A stretch of 64,000 bases of DNA from Antedon mediterranea (lineage: Eukaryota > Animalia > Echinodermata), in the NCBI RefSeq assembly GCF_964355755.1, contig NC_092675.1, positions 5,451,812 through 5,515,811 of the forward strand. Reading direction: 5' to 3'. This document shows positions 30,619-42,600 of this stretch, piece by piece; positions within the stretch are counted from its first letter, which is position 1; every line of letters begins with the position of its first letter. The translations under genes and the position numbers were made by a program. The notes beneath the pieces were generated by a model, which did not search any database, was not told the DNA's origin, and saw only the letters and a list, made by a program, of their open reading frames with translations.

Positions 30619-30868
30619 TTAAAGATCTTATATGCTGGATTAAACCATTAAACTTTGCAAAAGTGTTTATGCATATACAACAGTAAGTAACTTACCAATT
30701 ACAAGACGGATTTAAACTAAATCTTTTCATTTATTTCATTTTAATTTAAATCTTTTCATTTATAACGCCCAGTAATTTTATTCGAGCTGTGTAGCTCTTG
30801 TTTCGTAATTTAATTTAGTTATTTACTAGTTTATTATTGTGCTGCTTGTGTATTGCAGTTTGTTTAAC

Positions 30869-32306
30869 CAAAATTGGTTAAGTAACTTTATCGTGAGTAC
30901 CACACCTTAGAATTAGGCCTCAAAAATACTTTTTTTGCAACAATACAATTCTATCATTTTTAAGTTCGTTTTCATCAACCAATCCTTCCGAATTAGTAAC
31001 GACGCCCTCAATATTCCTGGGAAAGAGAAGAGACCAGACAAGAAAAAGAAGACAACTGCATCGATCTCAAAGAAGAGATAAGTGTGTCTGCCTCAAAGTA
31101 GATGATTAACCTTCGTTCTCGGCTGGTTTTCATGTTTAATCCATTAATTCTATCTTGATTAACAATGTAAATGAGAGGTACGGTACGTGTTGTTGTGTTT
31201 TAGATATATAATAAGATACAAGTCAAGTTCTTTCAGTAAGTAGGTGTAGGCTAGATAATAATGTAGGCCTCCTCGACTGTGTGAGTAAGGGCGACGTCGT
31301 GTGTCTCAGTCATAGTCTTAGGCACTCACTCACTTCAGACTTTTCTTTTAAAAAACTTAACTATTGTTTTTCATTAAATATCAATTTCTTTTGAAGCAAG
31401 GTCTCCTCCATAAGTAGGCCTGTATGAAAGAGCCCACCCTCTTGGGTGGGCTCTTTTATTTATTAATTTAGAACTGAAAATTACATTATGTACTTAATTG
31501 CTGTTTAGCCTTTTTTGGCGCTAGTTCCGTTTCGCACCTGTCGTTTATTTCGACTCAAAATTGGTTAAGTAACTTTATCGTGAGTACCACACCTTAGAAT
31601 TAGGCCTCAAATATACTTTTTTTGCAACAATACAATTCTATCATTTTTAAGTTCGTTTTCATCAACCAATCCTTCCGAATTAGTAACGACGCCCTCAATA
31701 TTCCTGGGAAAGAGAAGAGACCAGACAAGAAAAAGAAGACAACTGCATCGATCTCAAAGAAGAGATAAGTGTGTCTGCCTCAAAGTAGATGATTAACCTT
31801 CGTTCTCGGCTGGTTTTCATGTTTAATCCATTAATTCTATCTTGATTAACAATGTAAATGAGAGGTACGGTACGTGTTGTTGTGTTTTAGATATATAATA
31901 AGATACAAGTCAAGTTCTTTCAGTAAGTAGGTGTAGGCTAGATAATAATGTAGGCCTCCTCGACTGTGTGAGTAAGGGCGACGTCGTGTGTCTCAGTCAT
32001 AGTCTTAGGCACTCACTCACTTCAGACTTTTCTTTTAAAAAACTTAACTATTGTTTTTCATTAAATATCAATTTCTTTTGAAGCAAGGTCTCCTCCATAA
32101 GTAGGCCTGTATGAAAGAGCCCACCCTCTTGGGTGGGCTCTTTTATTTATTAATTTAGAACTGAAAATTACATTATGTACTTAATTGCTGTTTAGCCTTT
32201 TTTGGCGCTAGTTCCGTTTCGCACCTGTCGTTTATTTCGACTCAAAATTGGTTAAGTAACTTTATCGTGAGTACCACACCTTAGAATTAGGCCTCAAAAA
32301 TACTTT
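30869..32306. repeat. Tandem duplication, ~2.1 x 687 bp
   Basis: Near-identical units start at 30869, 31556 and 32243. Confidence 0.95.
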
Positions 32307-33092
32307 ACGAAGGCGATCACACAAAAAGTAAAAAATAAATCCTTTAAATTGATGAATTTACAGACGTGTTTCTCGCACATCGGTTCGTGAATTTCGCATA
32401 CTCCATGTTCAATGTTGTTGTTTCTATGGAGCGCCAAAAGAGCAATCATAATAGAGGGCTAAAAACCTCAGTAAATTTCGTATATTTAATGCATTTATTG
32501 GTGAAAATTACGTTCAATTTTATCATATTTTGTCAATGTAAATGCAACAAAAATATTACTGTTGATACTGTACATGGTTTTTGCAGGAGCTTTTAGGAAT
32601 GAAAATCGACAAATTCATCATCATATTACATGTATGTACTGTAGGGGTATACCTTAATCTAAATAATATGCCTCTTAGTCTTAGTCTTAGGCCTAGGGTT
32701 GGTTGCTATTTGAAAACAGCAAATTATTAGCAGTAAAATGTTACAGCATTTTTATTGACAAAATATATTAAAATTAAACGTGTATTTCAATAATAAATGC
32801 ATAGACGCATTCCACTGAGGTTTTAACCATCTATTGTTGTTGCTCTTTTGGCGCTCCATAGAAACGAAAATATTGAACTTCGAGTATGCTAAATTCGCGG
32901 CGAACTGTATGCGAGAAACATGTCTGTAAAATCATCAATTTAAGGATTTATTTGTTACTTTTTATGTGATTCTTCTTCATAAAAGTACTTATGAGGCCCA
33001 ATTTTAAGGTGTGGTATTCACAATAAGTTGCTTAACAATTTGGAGTCAAAAGGAAGTCGAAATAAAAACAGGTGCGAAACGGAACTAGCGCC
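32204..33092. mobile_element. Fold-back non-autonomous DNA transposon with ~360-bp imperfect TIRs (Merlin- or Mutator-like termini)
   Basis: GGCGCTAGTTCCGTTTCGCACCTGT ... ACAGGTGCGAAACGGAACTAGCGCC; near-duplicated C+T-run flanks of 8-9 bp. Confidence 0.8.
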
Positions 33093-34089
33093 CTTTTTTT
33101 AGCCTTTTCCCACATATAGAAACTCCTGCATCGTGTCTGCGTCGTTACCGTCATGTCAATTTATCACATAGGGCTATTATGTCAGGAATATAATCAGTAT
33201 ATGCCAACTTTTATTGAGAAAGTGTCAAGGTATATCCGGCCAATAAAAGTGTCTGGTGAATTCAATTCTAATAGATAGTTTATTTTGTTTATGAAATATA
33301 TGATGCCCACCCTATTCTTATCCTGCTTTTTACTTCTAATGCGGTTTTAAAACAATGGAAGCATTTACGGCTCCTGATCGAATTGTTCCATCCATTAATC
33401 TGCATATCTCTTCTTTTTCCCCACCCTTATTTTCAACAATGTTCTTGTCTTGAGCAGGGGCGGAACAAGCCTGTTTAGCCTCTGCCTATATCCGCGCCTG
33501 TCGAGGTAGTCCGACCGATTTGCCATTTTAAAATAAAGTACTTTGCACGTTCTATGAAAACAATTCGCAGAGAAGCATTGGATACATTGACTCAGTACAA
33601 GACTTCACACAGACGGGGATGTTACGTCTTATTAATAGAAACAGACCCTTACAGTACTCATTTAATCGAGACACACATTTTAGACCAACAGTCAATCTCA
33701 CACAACATAGTTCTCAATTAAATAGTTATTTTGAAATTTTTCTACACAAAACAATCTAGACATATTGACAGTAAGAAAAATTGATTCTAGCAGCCTTAAT
33801 GTTACTAATAATTCAATAGGCTGAGAATTCTTTTTTTAAATATAATCTAAACAGTCTATCAATTTTGTGTGAATCTTGCGAAATAAACTGAAAAGAACGA
33901 TTATTTCAAGGTCTAACCTATTGGTTGATAAATTAATAAGTATATACGTGTATCTACCTATTGAGGAATAGAATATTCTATAACTGTTGCTAAGCAACTT
34001 TGCTTGACAAAGCCTTTCTCTTGGCAAGTACCATCTCTAATTGTCATCATCTTTCCATGTGAAATATACATTGACACTTTGTAAATTGC

Positions 34090-34429
34090 TATTGTTCCGC
34101 TGTGTCGGTTTTGTTAATCAGCGTGTCTATTTACATCTTTTACAAATGTAAGGGAAAAATACCTACTTTACTAGGTTTAGTATAATGTGCAATTCAACTA
34201 ATAAATCTATTTGAAAAGGAAACTACAGAATTGTTGCAGAGAATTTCAGAAACTTTGTCTGTAATTTTACTGAAATTTTAAGTTTAAAAGAAAATTGTGT
34301 ATAGAACTTACTGTTTTAGTGTCTTTTGCTTGTTGCAGTATTGTTAAGTAAACATCAAGAGTTTCATCAATGTTTAACAACTTGTTTTAAAAATTGATAG
34401 CCAATGCCGATATTGGCTTGGATATATAG
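34090..34429 (+). other. Candidate upstream first (5'UTR) exon of paladin; 5' boundary uncertain
   Basis: Strong donor AG|GTAAGA at 34429/34430 followed by T-rich intron-like sequence. Coding exon 1 has an acceptor 7 nt before its ATG, which suggests an upstream exon. Confidence 0.45.
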
Positions 34430-35614
34430 GTAAGATGATTTCTTGTTTTATCATTTCTGTTGATTACTTTAGTTAGAAAATAAAGTTTCAGGTTTAATTT
34501 TGTGTATCTATATATATACTGTATATACTTCAGATTGTTATTAAATGTTGGAAGTGTTCAGTTAAATAAACTTATATTTACTTGGTTGTAATAAACCAAT
34601 CTTTTTTACCACAAAATGTGATCATTTTTGTTGGATAAAAAAAATGTTTAGTATTCTTAAATCATTTAATTTTACTGAAAATTAATTTGTCAGTTTTCAT
34701 TATAAAAATAAAATTGGTATTTAATTAGTCTTTTGTACATGGTCAAGAAACTGTTAACATCAGTATAATTGTCCTTTAATGGTGTTAAGTTTAATCAGCC
34801 ATAGTGGTAATTTAACTATTTTTATTCTTCTGTTTTTTCTTTTATCTTTTGTAATAGTAGTCTTTGCTTTGTTCTATTTCATAAATTAGAACAATGTTCC
34901 TTATTGGGGTAAAGTAGACATACTCTTAATTTTATATTCAAATTTACTGTACATATTACAAATATATTATCTTTGTATCTTTTTTTTAAGTAAACAATTT
35001 CTTGTACACACAACTGTTTTTTCTTACTGTTTTAGTTCTAAAGCATTATATTTTTTTATTTTTTTCTCAAACAGAATTATTTTCAAACACTTTTATTCAA
35101 TATAACTTATAAGTATTAAATGTTGTTGAAATTGAGTGAATTTTGTTTTGCTTTTGATCCGTTTACTAAGTTTGGTATTTTAAGCTTTGATGAACAATAT
35201 TACGCATATTATTCTATTTATAGTTTATGTTACACATTAACTTATCTGAAAATTGTGGACGATAAATTTCTTTTTAATTGAAAATTGTATGTCATCAGAT
35301 CTGACGTTTTAGATTAGTTTATGTAGTTTATTCATTTTGTGCGGTTTTAATGTGCATTGAATTTGTAAAACATATATCCAAAGGCATAACTACAATGCTG
35401 TGGGTTGCTAGCAGTAGATGGATCTCAAAATAACTATATGCTAAACAAATTAAAATAGCTGGAGATAAATACTTCAAGCTTTTATAAAACAAAATAATTA
35501 ATAATTATCTTTATTTTTCAACGAAAAATCATGTTCACCAAAAAAGTGTTCTTCTTCTTATCGTCCTTTATTCGTGGCTAATAAATAGTTTGGTAAAATC
35601 ATTTTTATAGTATA

Positions 35615-36117
35615 TTTATTTATTTATTCTTTCTTTTTACTGGATTGCATTTTCAGTAACGCAGTACTGCTTTCCAAAATGGTCCAGTTATAAGTTTAAA
35701 AGTAAATAAAAATTATAACATAAATACACAGTAGGCCTAATTTAAAAGATATATACAGAACAGTTAAAAACAAATAAAATATAAAAAATGTAGGATCACT
35801 TGGATGACATAAGAGTTGCTATATTTTTGAGTTTATAAATATGTTTCCCAGTTACTTTTGTTCTAGTTTCAGTTGGTAAAAGATTCCATTCTTTTGTTGC
35901 ACTGTATTTGATTGAAGGTTCTTTTACCTTGAGCATTTTTCCAATTTGGTGTAATTAATGTTTTACAACTTTGGCTACGGGTGCATTTGGGGTGGAGGGA
36001 GTCATTAAACTTAAACATTGAGGATAAATATGATGGTGAATAGCCATTAATGCATTTGAAAGTTGTAAGTAGTAGATGTTCCCTCCATCTTTCATTTAGT
36101 GTAACCCAATTAAGGCC
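35615..36117 (-). mobile_element. 3' fragment of a CR1/L2-group LINE
   Basis: Minus-strand peptides LNWVTLNERW..FKCINGYSPSYL..TRS and SIKYSATKEWNLLP; stem-loop tail CTGGACCATTTTGGAAAGCAGTA..TACTG..TCCAG + (AAAT)n. Confidence 0.7.
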
Positions 36118-36768
36118 TACATTATATATTTATAATTATTAAAATTAATATGTTAAATATAATATAACTATTTAATAGATATACTTTTTGATATTTCTAA
36201 AATTAGTGTAACTGTAAATCATGACACATCATTTTGCCGATAAGTTTATGACTATTTGCAGAAAGAGGGTGCGGGCTATATTGGTCTATCTACCACCTGA
36301 AGACTATGTAACACAATAGACTTCATTGTAGATTGGTTTAGATCATACGTTCTTAATTCATCTTTTAGTAACTCTTAACATAATATATGTATGTCTGTTG
36401 TAGTCCAACCGTATGTCTATGATATGTAGTTAGTAATTAGCCAGGTACTGTATACTTGAAATAATTATAGATTTGTGCATGCAACTGTGATCACCTACAA
36501 TGCCTTGTAGCACTTTAGCCTACAGAGAATACTTTCACAATCTGTATTGATTGTTTCCACACATATAATCTGAGATAATTTGATTTTATTCTCATAGCTC
36601 TACTGATGAGATCAACTTTACTTGCTACAATTTGCATACTACCATACAAAATACAATAAATAGTAACAATTACTTCATAATTAGCCCACATGGTACAGAG
36701 GAGTTGTTAATGTTTTGTTTAACCAAGGAGGAATTGTTTGGTTAGACATTAGTTTATTGAGCTGCAAT

Positions 36769-37110
36769 TTTTACTCGGGGTACCCGAGTCTAGGACTTAC
36801 TCATTTTCTCCTCTTCTTCCTCCATCTGGACACTATTGAGTAAAAAGTGCGATATTTAAAGTACTACTCCTCCCTTATTAGTTGTAGTATTGAGCTGGGA
36901 TTTGGCATGAATATACTACAGGGACATGTCCTCAAATCTATAATTTAAAATTTAAATTTCAAACCGGATGCAGCCATATGACGTCTCGAAGATGGTACCA
37001 TATAGCCGTATTTGGTAGGTTATTAATGTGTATGTGACGTCACATCCCGTCTTATGACGTCATTACAGCTTCATTTGCTGTATCCCGAGTATCGCACGCA
37101 CATTCCTGCT
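36769..37110. mobile_element. DINE/HINE-like interspersed repeat with a partial second copy at ~37420-37600
   Basis: TTTTTACTCGGGGTACCCGAGT terminal hairpin and sub-terminal CCCGAGTA; duplicated block GGATGCAGCCATAT..CGTCTCGAAGATGGTACC..ATGACGTCATTACAGCTTC. Confidence 0.55.
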
Positions 37111-37185
37111 TTTTTGTTAATTAATTTGTTTAATTAAGAAGCCACAATGTGTGACACACACCACAGCGTTATGTAGTTATATGCG

Positions 37186-37255
37186 GCTTCTTGGCGTAGT
37201 GGTTATCACGTTTGCTTAACAAGCAGAAGGTACCTGGTTCGAGCCCGGGCAAAAC
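37186..37255 (+). pseudogene. tRNA-Val(AAC)-like pseudogene
   Basis: GTAGTGGTTATCACG D-arm, TTTGC-TTAACAA-GCAGA anticodon arm, CCTGG-TTCGAGC-CCGGG T-arm; acceptor stem broken; followed by a T run. Confidence 0.7.
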
Positions 37256-37605
37256 TTTTTTTTTTTAAACTTTATGGTGAAAAGTACTGTATATGCAGTG
37301 ATAGATGATAATGATAATTATACACAGTATATCTTATTTTTATTATTTTTTTAAATACTTATTTTGTGTAATCGGTAATTATCACTTTTACACATGTTTA
37401 TTTTACTTTGTGCTTATTCTCAAGGCTATAGAGCCGGATTTTTTAATTTCAAACTGGATGCAGCCATATCACGTCTCGAAGATGGTACCGTATAGTCGTA
37501 TTTGGTAGCGCGGTTTTGATGTGTATGTAGAGTTACATCCGGTCTTATGACGTCATTACAGCTTCTTTCGCTGTACCCCGAGTATTACACATTCGTGCTT
37601 GTTAA

Positions 37606-37727
37606 AGGTTGGTTCCCAAGATATAATGCAAACAAAGTGATTTGACCAATCTCAAGCGATAGATTATTCGAACAGTCGCGTGTGATTGGTCAACTCGCTT
37701 GACTGGCATCCTAGTGGGAACCAAGCA
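37606..37727. mobile_element. PIF/Harbinger-type MITE family A
   Basis: Same TIRs, TAA target-site duplication. Confidence 0.75.
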
Positions 37728-38441
37728 TAAAGGTTGAGCCATTCTCAACCATACCTTATTTTCTTCCAAATCTAACTTTACTATTGTCAAAGGAGTTATT
37801 ATAGAACTGCTCGTGTTTATTGATTCATAATTGACAAGTGTAGCCTACTAATACAGATACATTGTGTGAAATTCATGCATTTCAGACTACTTTTCACAGA
37901 CTCCCATGCTAAACATTATCAACATCTGACATTGGAAACAAGCCATTATTTCCCTTGATAATGTTATAATCGCGTGTACGCTTGGTTGGTGGTTAGATTT
38001 GCAATAGATAATAAAAACTGCCATCCAACAGAAAAATTTGGCCCTTGCTTTGTTCCTTTTTAATCGTTATGAAAAAATACCTTTTAATTAATAGAATATT
38101 CTATCAGTGTTGCTAAGTAACCCTACTAATGTAAGTAGTTGTCCAAATTATTCCTTTTAATAAAGCATAGTTAATTAGTCCTTCAAGTATTACCATTGCC
38201 CTATAATGCTGCATGGCATTAGATTTTTTTGAAATTGTATCTGAGGGTATTTAAATTTAGTGGAAATTTTATTTAAATAAAATATACATACACTTTTATT
38301 TAAAATAATAACTTACTTTTAAATCAAATTAGTATATCTATAACTTATATTAATAGTTGAACTTTAGAAACAATTATACATTTTGAAAATTATATAAATT
38401 AACTCTTTTCTGTTATTGAGTTAAAAGCATACAAATTAACT

Positions 38442-39230
38442 CTCATCTCATAGACTATTTTACCCATTGCTGTGTGAAGGCCTCCTCCAGCTGTTTCCAT
38501 TTAGTTTTGTTCTATGCCAATCTTTCCCATGTTGCCGTTTTCATGTACGTTGTTATGCGTCACGCCATCTTCTTTTTTGCCGTTCTCTTCTTCTTCTCCA
38601 TGTCCTCGGCTGCCATTCATTCAATCTCTTCGTTCATCTATTGTCATCTCTTCTGGCTATGTGTCCTGCCCATCTCCATTTCAATTCTTTGATCTTTACC
38701 ATGATGTCTTTGACTTTTGTTCTTTTCCGTATCTCACTATGCTTTACTCTGTCTCGTATTGATAGATTTACCATTTTTCTTTCCATCGCTCTTTGTGTTG
38801 TTATTAATTTTTGTTCCATCTCTTTCGTTGTTGCCCATGTCTCTGCCTCATAAACTATAGTTGTTAGAACACATTGATTGTACACCCTGCTTCTTAGTGA
38901 CATGGGAATGTCTTGGTCGGTCAGGATATGCTTGTGCATCCCGAAGCTTCTCCAACCTGCTTTTACACGTATTAATATCTCCTCCTCTGTGGTGTTAACC
39001 ATTTTTAAGGTCTGCCCCAGGTATTTGTATTTGTCAACTTTCTCAATCTGGTGATTGTCTATTGTTATTGTCTCTTGAGTCGAGAAGTTGGTCATAAATT
39101 TAGTCTTTCCTTTGTGCATATGTAGGCCAACCTTTTTACTTTCTTTGTTCAGGCGATTGAGCTGTTCCTCCATGTCCTTAACAGTTGTAGTTGTTAAAGC
39201 TACATCATCAGCAAATCTGAGGTCTGTTAG
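38442..39230 (-). mobile_element. 5'-truncated RTE-clade LINE with 10-bp TSD
   Basis: ORF has LRFADDV, YKYLGQ, KWRWAGHIARR and ends EAFTQQW after a frameshift; ATGAG-type tail; CAAATTAACT duplicated at 38432-38441 and 39231-39240. Confidence 0.92.
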
Positions 39231-39371
39231 CAAATTAACTAACTAATGTAAAAATAGCTGTAAAAAGTAGGTTACAATTTATAATTTTTTTCCTTATTGT
39301 AAAGTAAGTGTTTTGATCTAAAAATATATTATGGATTTAAAAAATGTTTTATTTTGTATATTAGGTGCATT

Positions 39372-39608
39372 ATGGGTAGCGGAAGTAGTCTCTCCTCACG
39401 CTCATCCACCCCCGAACGCAAGATACCAGAGATCAATCGCAAAAATTCCATCTGTCACGAAAATTGGAATGGACATGTGATTACCAATGATGTAGCACCA
39501 ATTTTAATTAGTCGTGATTGTTGCGAAGAATTTCAAATAAAAATAGAAAAACCGAAACCAGTGCTTGGTTCTATCAGTGAAGGCAATTCAGAACATGCTT
39601 TGATTCAG
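39372..39608 (+). CDS. PALD1: Paladin coding exon 1 (MGSGSS...EHALIQ)
   Basis: Acceptor AG at 39363-39364; ATG in strong context (ATTATGG); donor GTAAAT at 39609; 237 nt. Confidence 0.92.
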
Positions 39609-42600
39609 GTAAATGCCAAATTTATCATATAATGAATATATTTATGAAAGCAATGTAGCTTAAACAGTAGCAACAACAAGACAGCAGATTCGGTACTTAA
39701 GCGTCTATCACACAGCCTTCAGTCTGTTTCCGGCTGCAGGCAAATAAAACCGCGTTTTCATCTCTCATTCACGTGGCTATACGACAATCTTTTTACTCGA
39801 TATGCACATAGCCACGTGGCGTGTCCTGAAGACGAAAAGTCTAATTGCTGTATACGCAATCTGACATGAACTGCTGGAGCCGGACCTGAGCAGGTGTGAA
39901 TGACTCAAGTATTACAACTGTATTCATATAGAAGTGTTAGATGCATCAGCTAATTCATATCACAGCTCAGGTGTTCATTAAATCACTTTAGATTCTTGAT
40001 TTTAAATTCTAATCCAACATTATTATTATTTTGATTGTTATTATTAACAATAGTAACTAATGGTAACAAGTGACCTTTAATTGTAATAATACAATAGTGT
40101 TCCCTTGTCATCTGAATAGGAGTTAAAACATATTTCCTCTTTATTCATTTCACGAGAAAGTATCCATCTAATAAGGATTTTCTCCTGAATAGTGTCCCAA
40201 AAGAGGGGTGATATTGTAATTTATATCTAACACAAGCATTTCTATTTCTCGTAGGGAGTGTACTTCTTAGTTTTTGATCACTTCAAAGGCATCGATGAAA
40301 TCAATACGTTGTCCAAATATGGAGTTGCCAACTTCCGTAGTACTGGTCATGGTCTTCCTGTTTATGGAATGGGGCAACCAAGTGGAGTTGGACTTCATTG
40401 TGTTGTAAATTACCTGCAAAATGAAACACAAGAGGTAAAGCTCTGTCTACACTACCAAACTTTGTGTGACAACAAAATGTGAGATGCCCATATATAGACA
40501 TGATGACATATCACTACTATGTTTGGGCATATCACTACCATATTAGGACACTGTTTTTTGTCAAACTAGTTTGATAGCGTGTGCAAATGTGTTCTAGATA
40601 ATTAAGTTGAGAGAAGGCAATAGAATTTAGATTAGATGGTGGTGGAAAAAAATCACATTGACTCAATAATAATATATTCATGTTTTGATGCATAACTTGT
40701 GCCATTCTTAATTACAATTTAGTCTTAATAAACACCACGCTGCACACAGTACCACACTGCACTATGTTAATGATACTAATGCATGTTAATAACACTTTTT
40801 AGGAGATATTTACAGGGTTAGGTTTAGTTATATTTAGGAGTTAGGTAGGAGTTGAGTATTAGCATTTAGGTTTAGGCACATGTCATACTACTATTATTCT
40901 GGTGGGAAACCAATTTTTATTAACTAAAGCTATGGCAAACTATGTAAAAACAGTAAATTACACAAATTTTCTACACAAAATATCTTTTTAGCAATACTTG
41001 ACAATTACATTATACTGTCATGTATGGTCTCTGAAAGATAACCAATTTTCTAACAGTTTTCAAAAGTTGTGTTATACAATATTTTTTTCTCAAATTGGCA
41101 ATCTCAAAAAAAGAACATCATTTTTTAACATAACCTTATTTAAGTGCCTATTGGCCTATTTGCGATGACAGGTTTTAATCATAATAGGCTGATATTATTA
41201 TTACTTTCACGATCCTTTTTTTATTTTTTTTTTATTCATCTTTGCAAGTCATCATTATCTAGGAAAAAGAGAAGTAAATAGTATGTCTCGTCTGGTTGTC
41301 GTGGCAATTCAAAATAAATATGTGCATTGTTTTTCCAGGGAGTTGTTATTAGATAATAACAACTCCCTGGTTTTTCATTCCACACAAATTTAGTTTTATT
41401 TGTGCAGGGAGTTGTTATACAACTCCCTGATTTGTGCATTAATCTCTTTTCTTGTGGTAAACAAATCCTAAACTTTAAAACAGAAAAAACTGTTTATACC
41501 TTTTTACATTGTTTATTTAACAGGCATTGCTTAACATATGCCAATATCAATATAGTTGCGTCGCAGTCATTCCAAGTTAGGAGATCTGGATTGGTTTAAG
41601 TATAATTAATGCATAATTTACATTTAAAAAGAGAAAGACACACATATGGTTAACATTTAATAATAATTTATTATAATCTTTCTTCATACATCATTTATTT
41701 TTATATTCAGGATGTTATCTTTATGAACTTAAGAGATGAACCTGTACTGTTTCTGAACCATGACGGTGATCTAAAACCATACACTCCACGTTTTAAAGAC
41801 AGCTTGTTACAAAACATCACGTCAAGATCAAAACCAAAGCAGGTTGAAGCAGCTATAGCAAAAGAGGTATTAATATTTTTTTTATTTTAATCAAACCACC
41901 CAGTGAGCATATGATTGAATGTATGCGCAGCATTTATATGTATAATATATATATAAATCCAAAGGCAAATTACTGAAAAAATGACAATGCTGTGGGTATC
42001 AGTGGCTGGATCTCAATGGAGATACAAAATAAAAGCGAAAAGCTAAATCAAAACGAGAAGTAAAACAGCCAGAAAAGTTAGCAGAGCTTTCGGGCAACAC
42101 TAGCCCTTCATCAGTGCAAATATATATATATACAATATTGATTTAGCTTTTCGTTCTTTTATTTGCATCTCCATTGAGATCCAGCCACTGATACCCACAG
42201 CATTGTCATTTGTATCTCCATTGAGATCCAGCCACTGATACCCACAGCATTGTCAATTGTATCTCCATTGAGATCCAGCCACTGATACCCACAGCATTGT
42301 CATTTTGTATCTCCATTGAGATCCAGCCACTGATACCCACAACATTGTCATTTGTATCTCCATTGAGATCCAGCCACTGATACCCACAGCATTGTCATTT
42401 TGTATCTCCATTGAGATCCAGCCACTGATACCCACAGCATTGTCATTTGTATCTCCATTGAGATCCAGCCACTGATACCCACAGCATTGTCATTTGTATC
42501 TCCATTGAGATCCAGCCACTGATACCCACAGCATTGTCATTTTTCAGTAATTTGTATTTAGATATATATACAATATTAGAAATTTGTTTTATGTGTACCA

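Noticed and set aside
37186-37255. Functional tRNA-Val gene
   Set aside because: Acceptor stem is shortened and mismatched, so it is kept as a pseudogene.
38467-38853. Plus-strand ORFs over the RTE element (also 11600-12391 over the Tx1 element)
   Set aside because: Antisense shadows of LINE ORF2.
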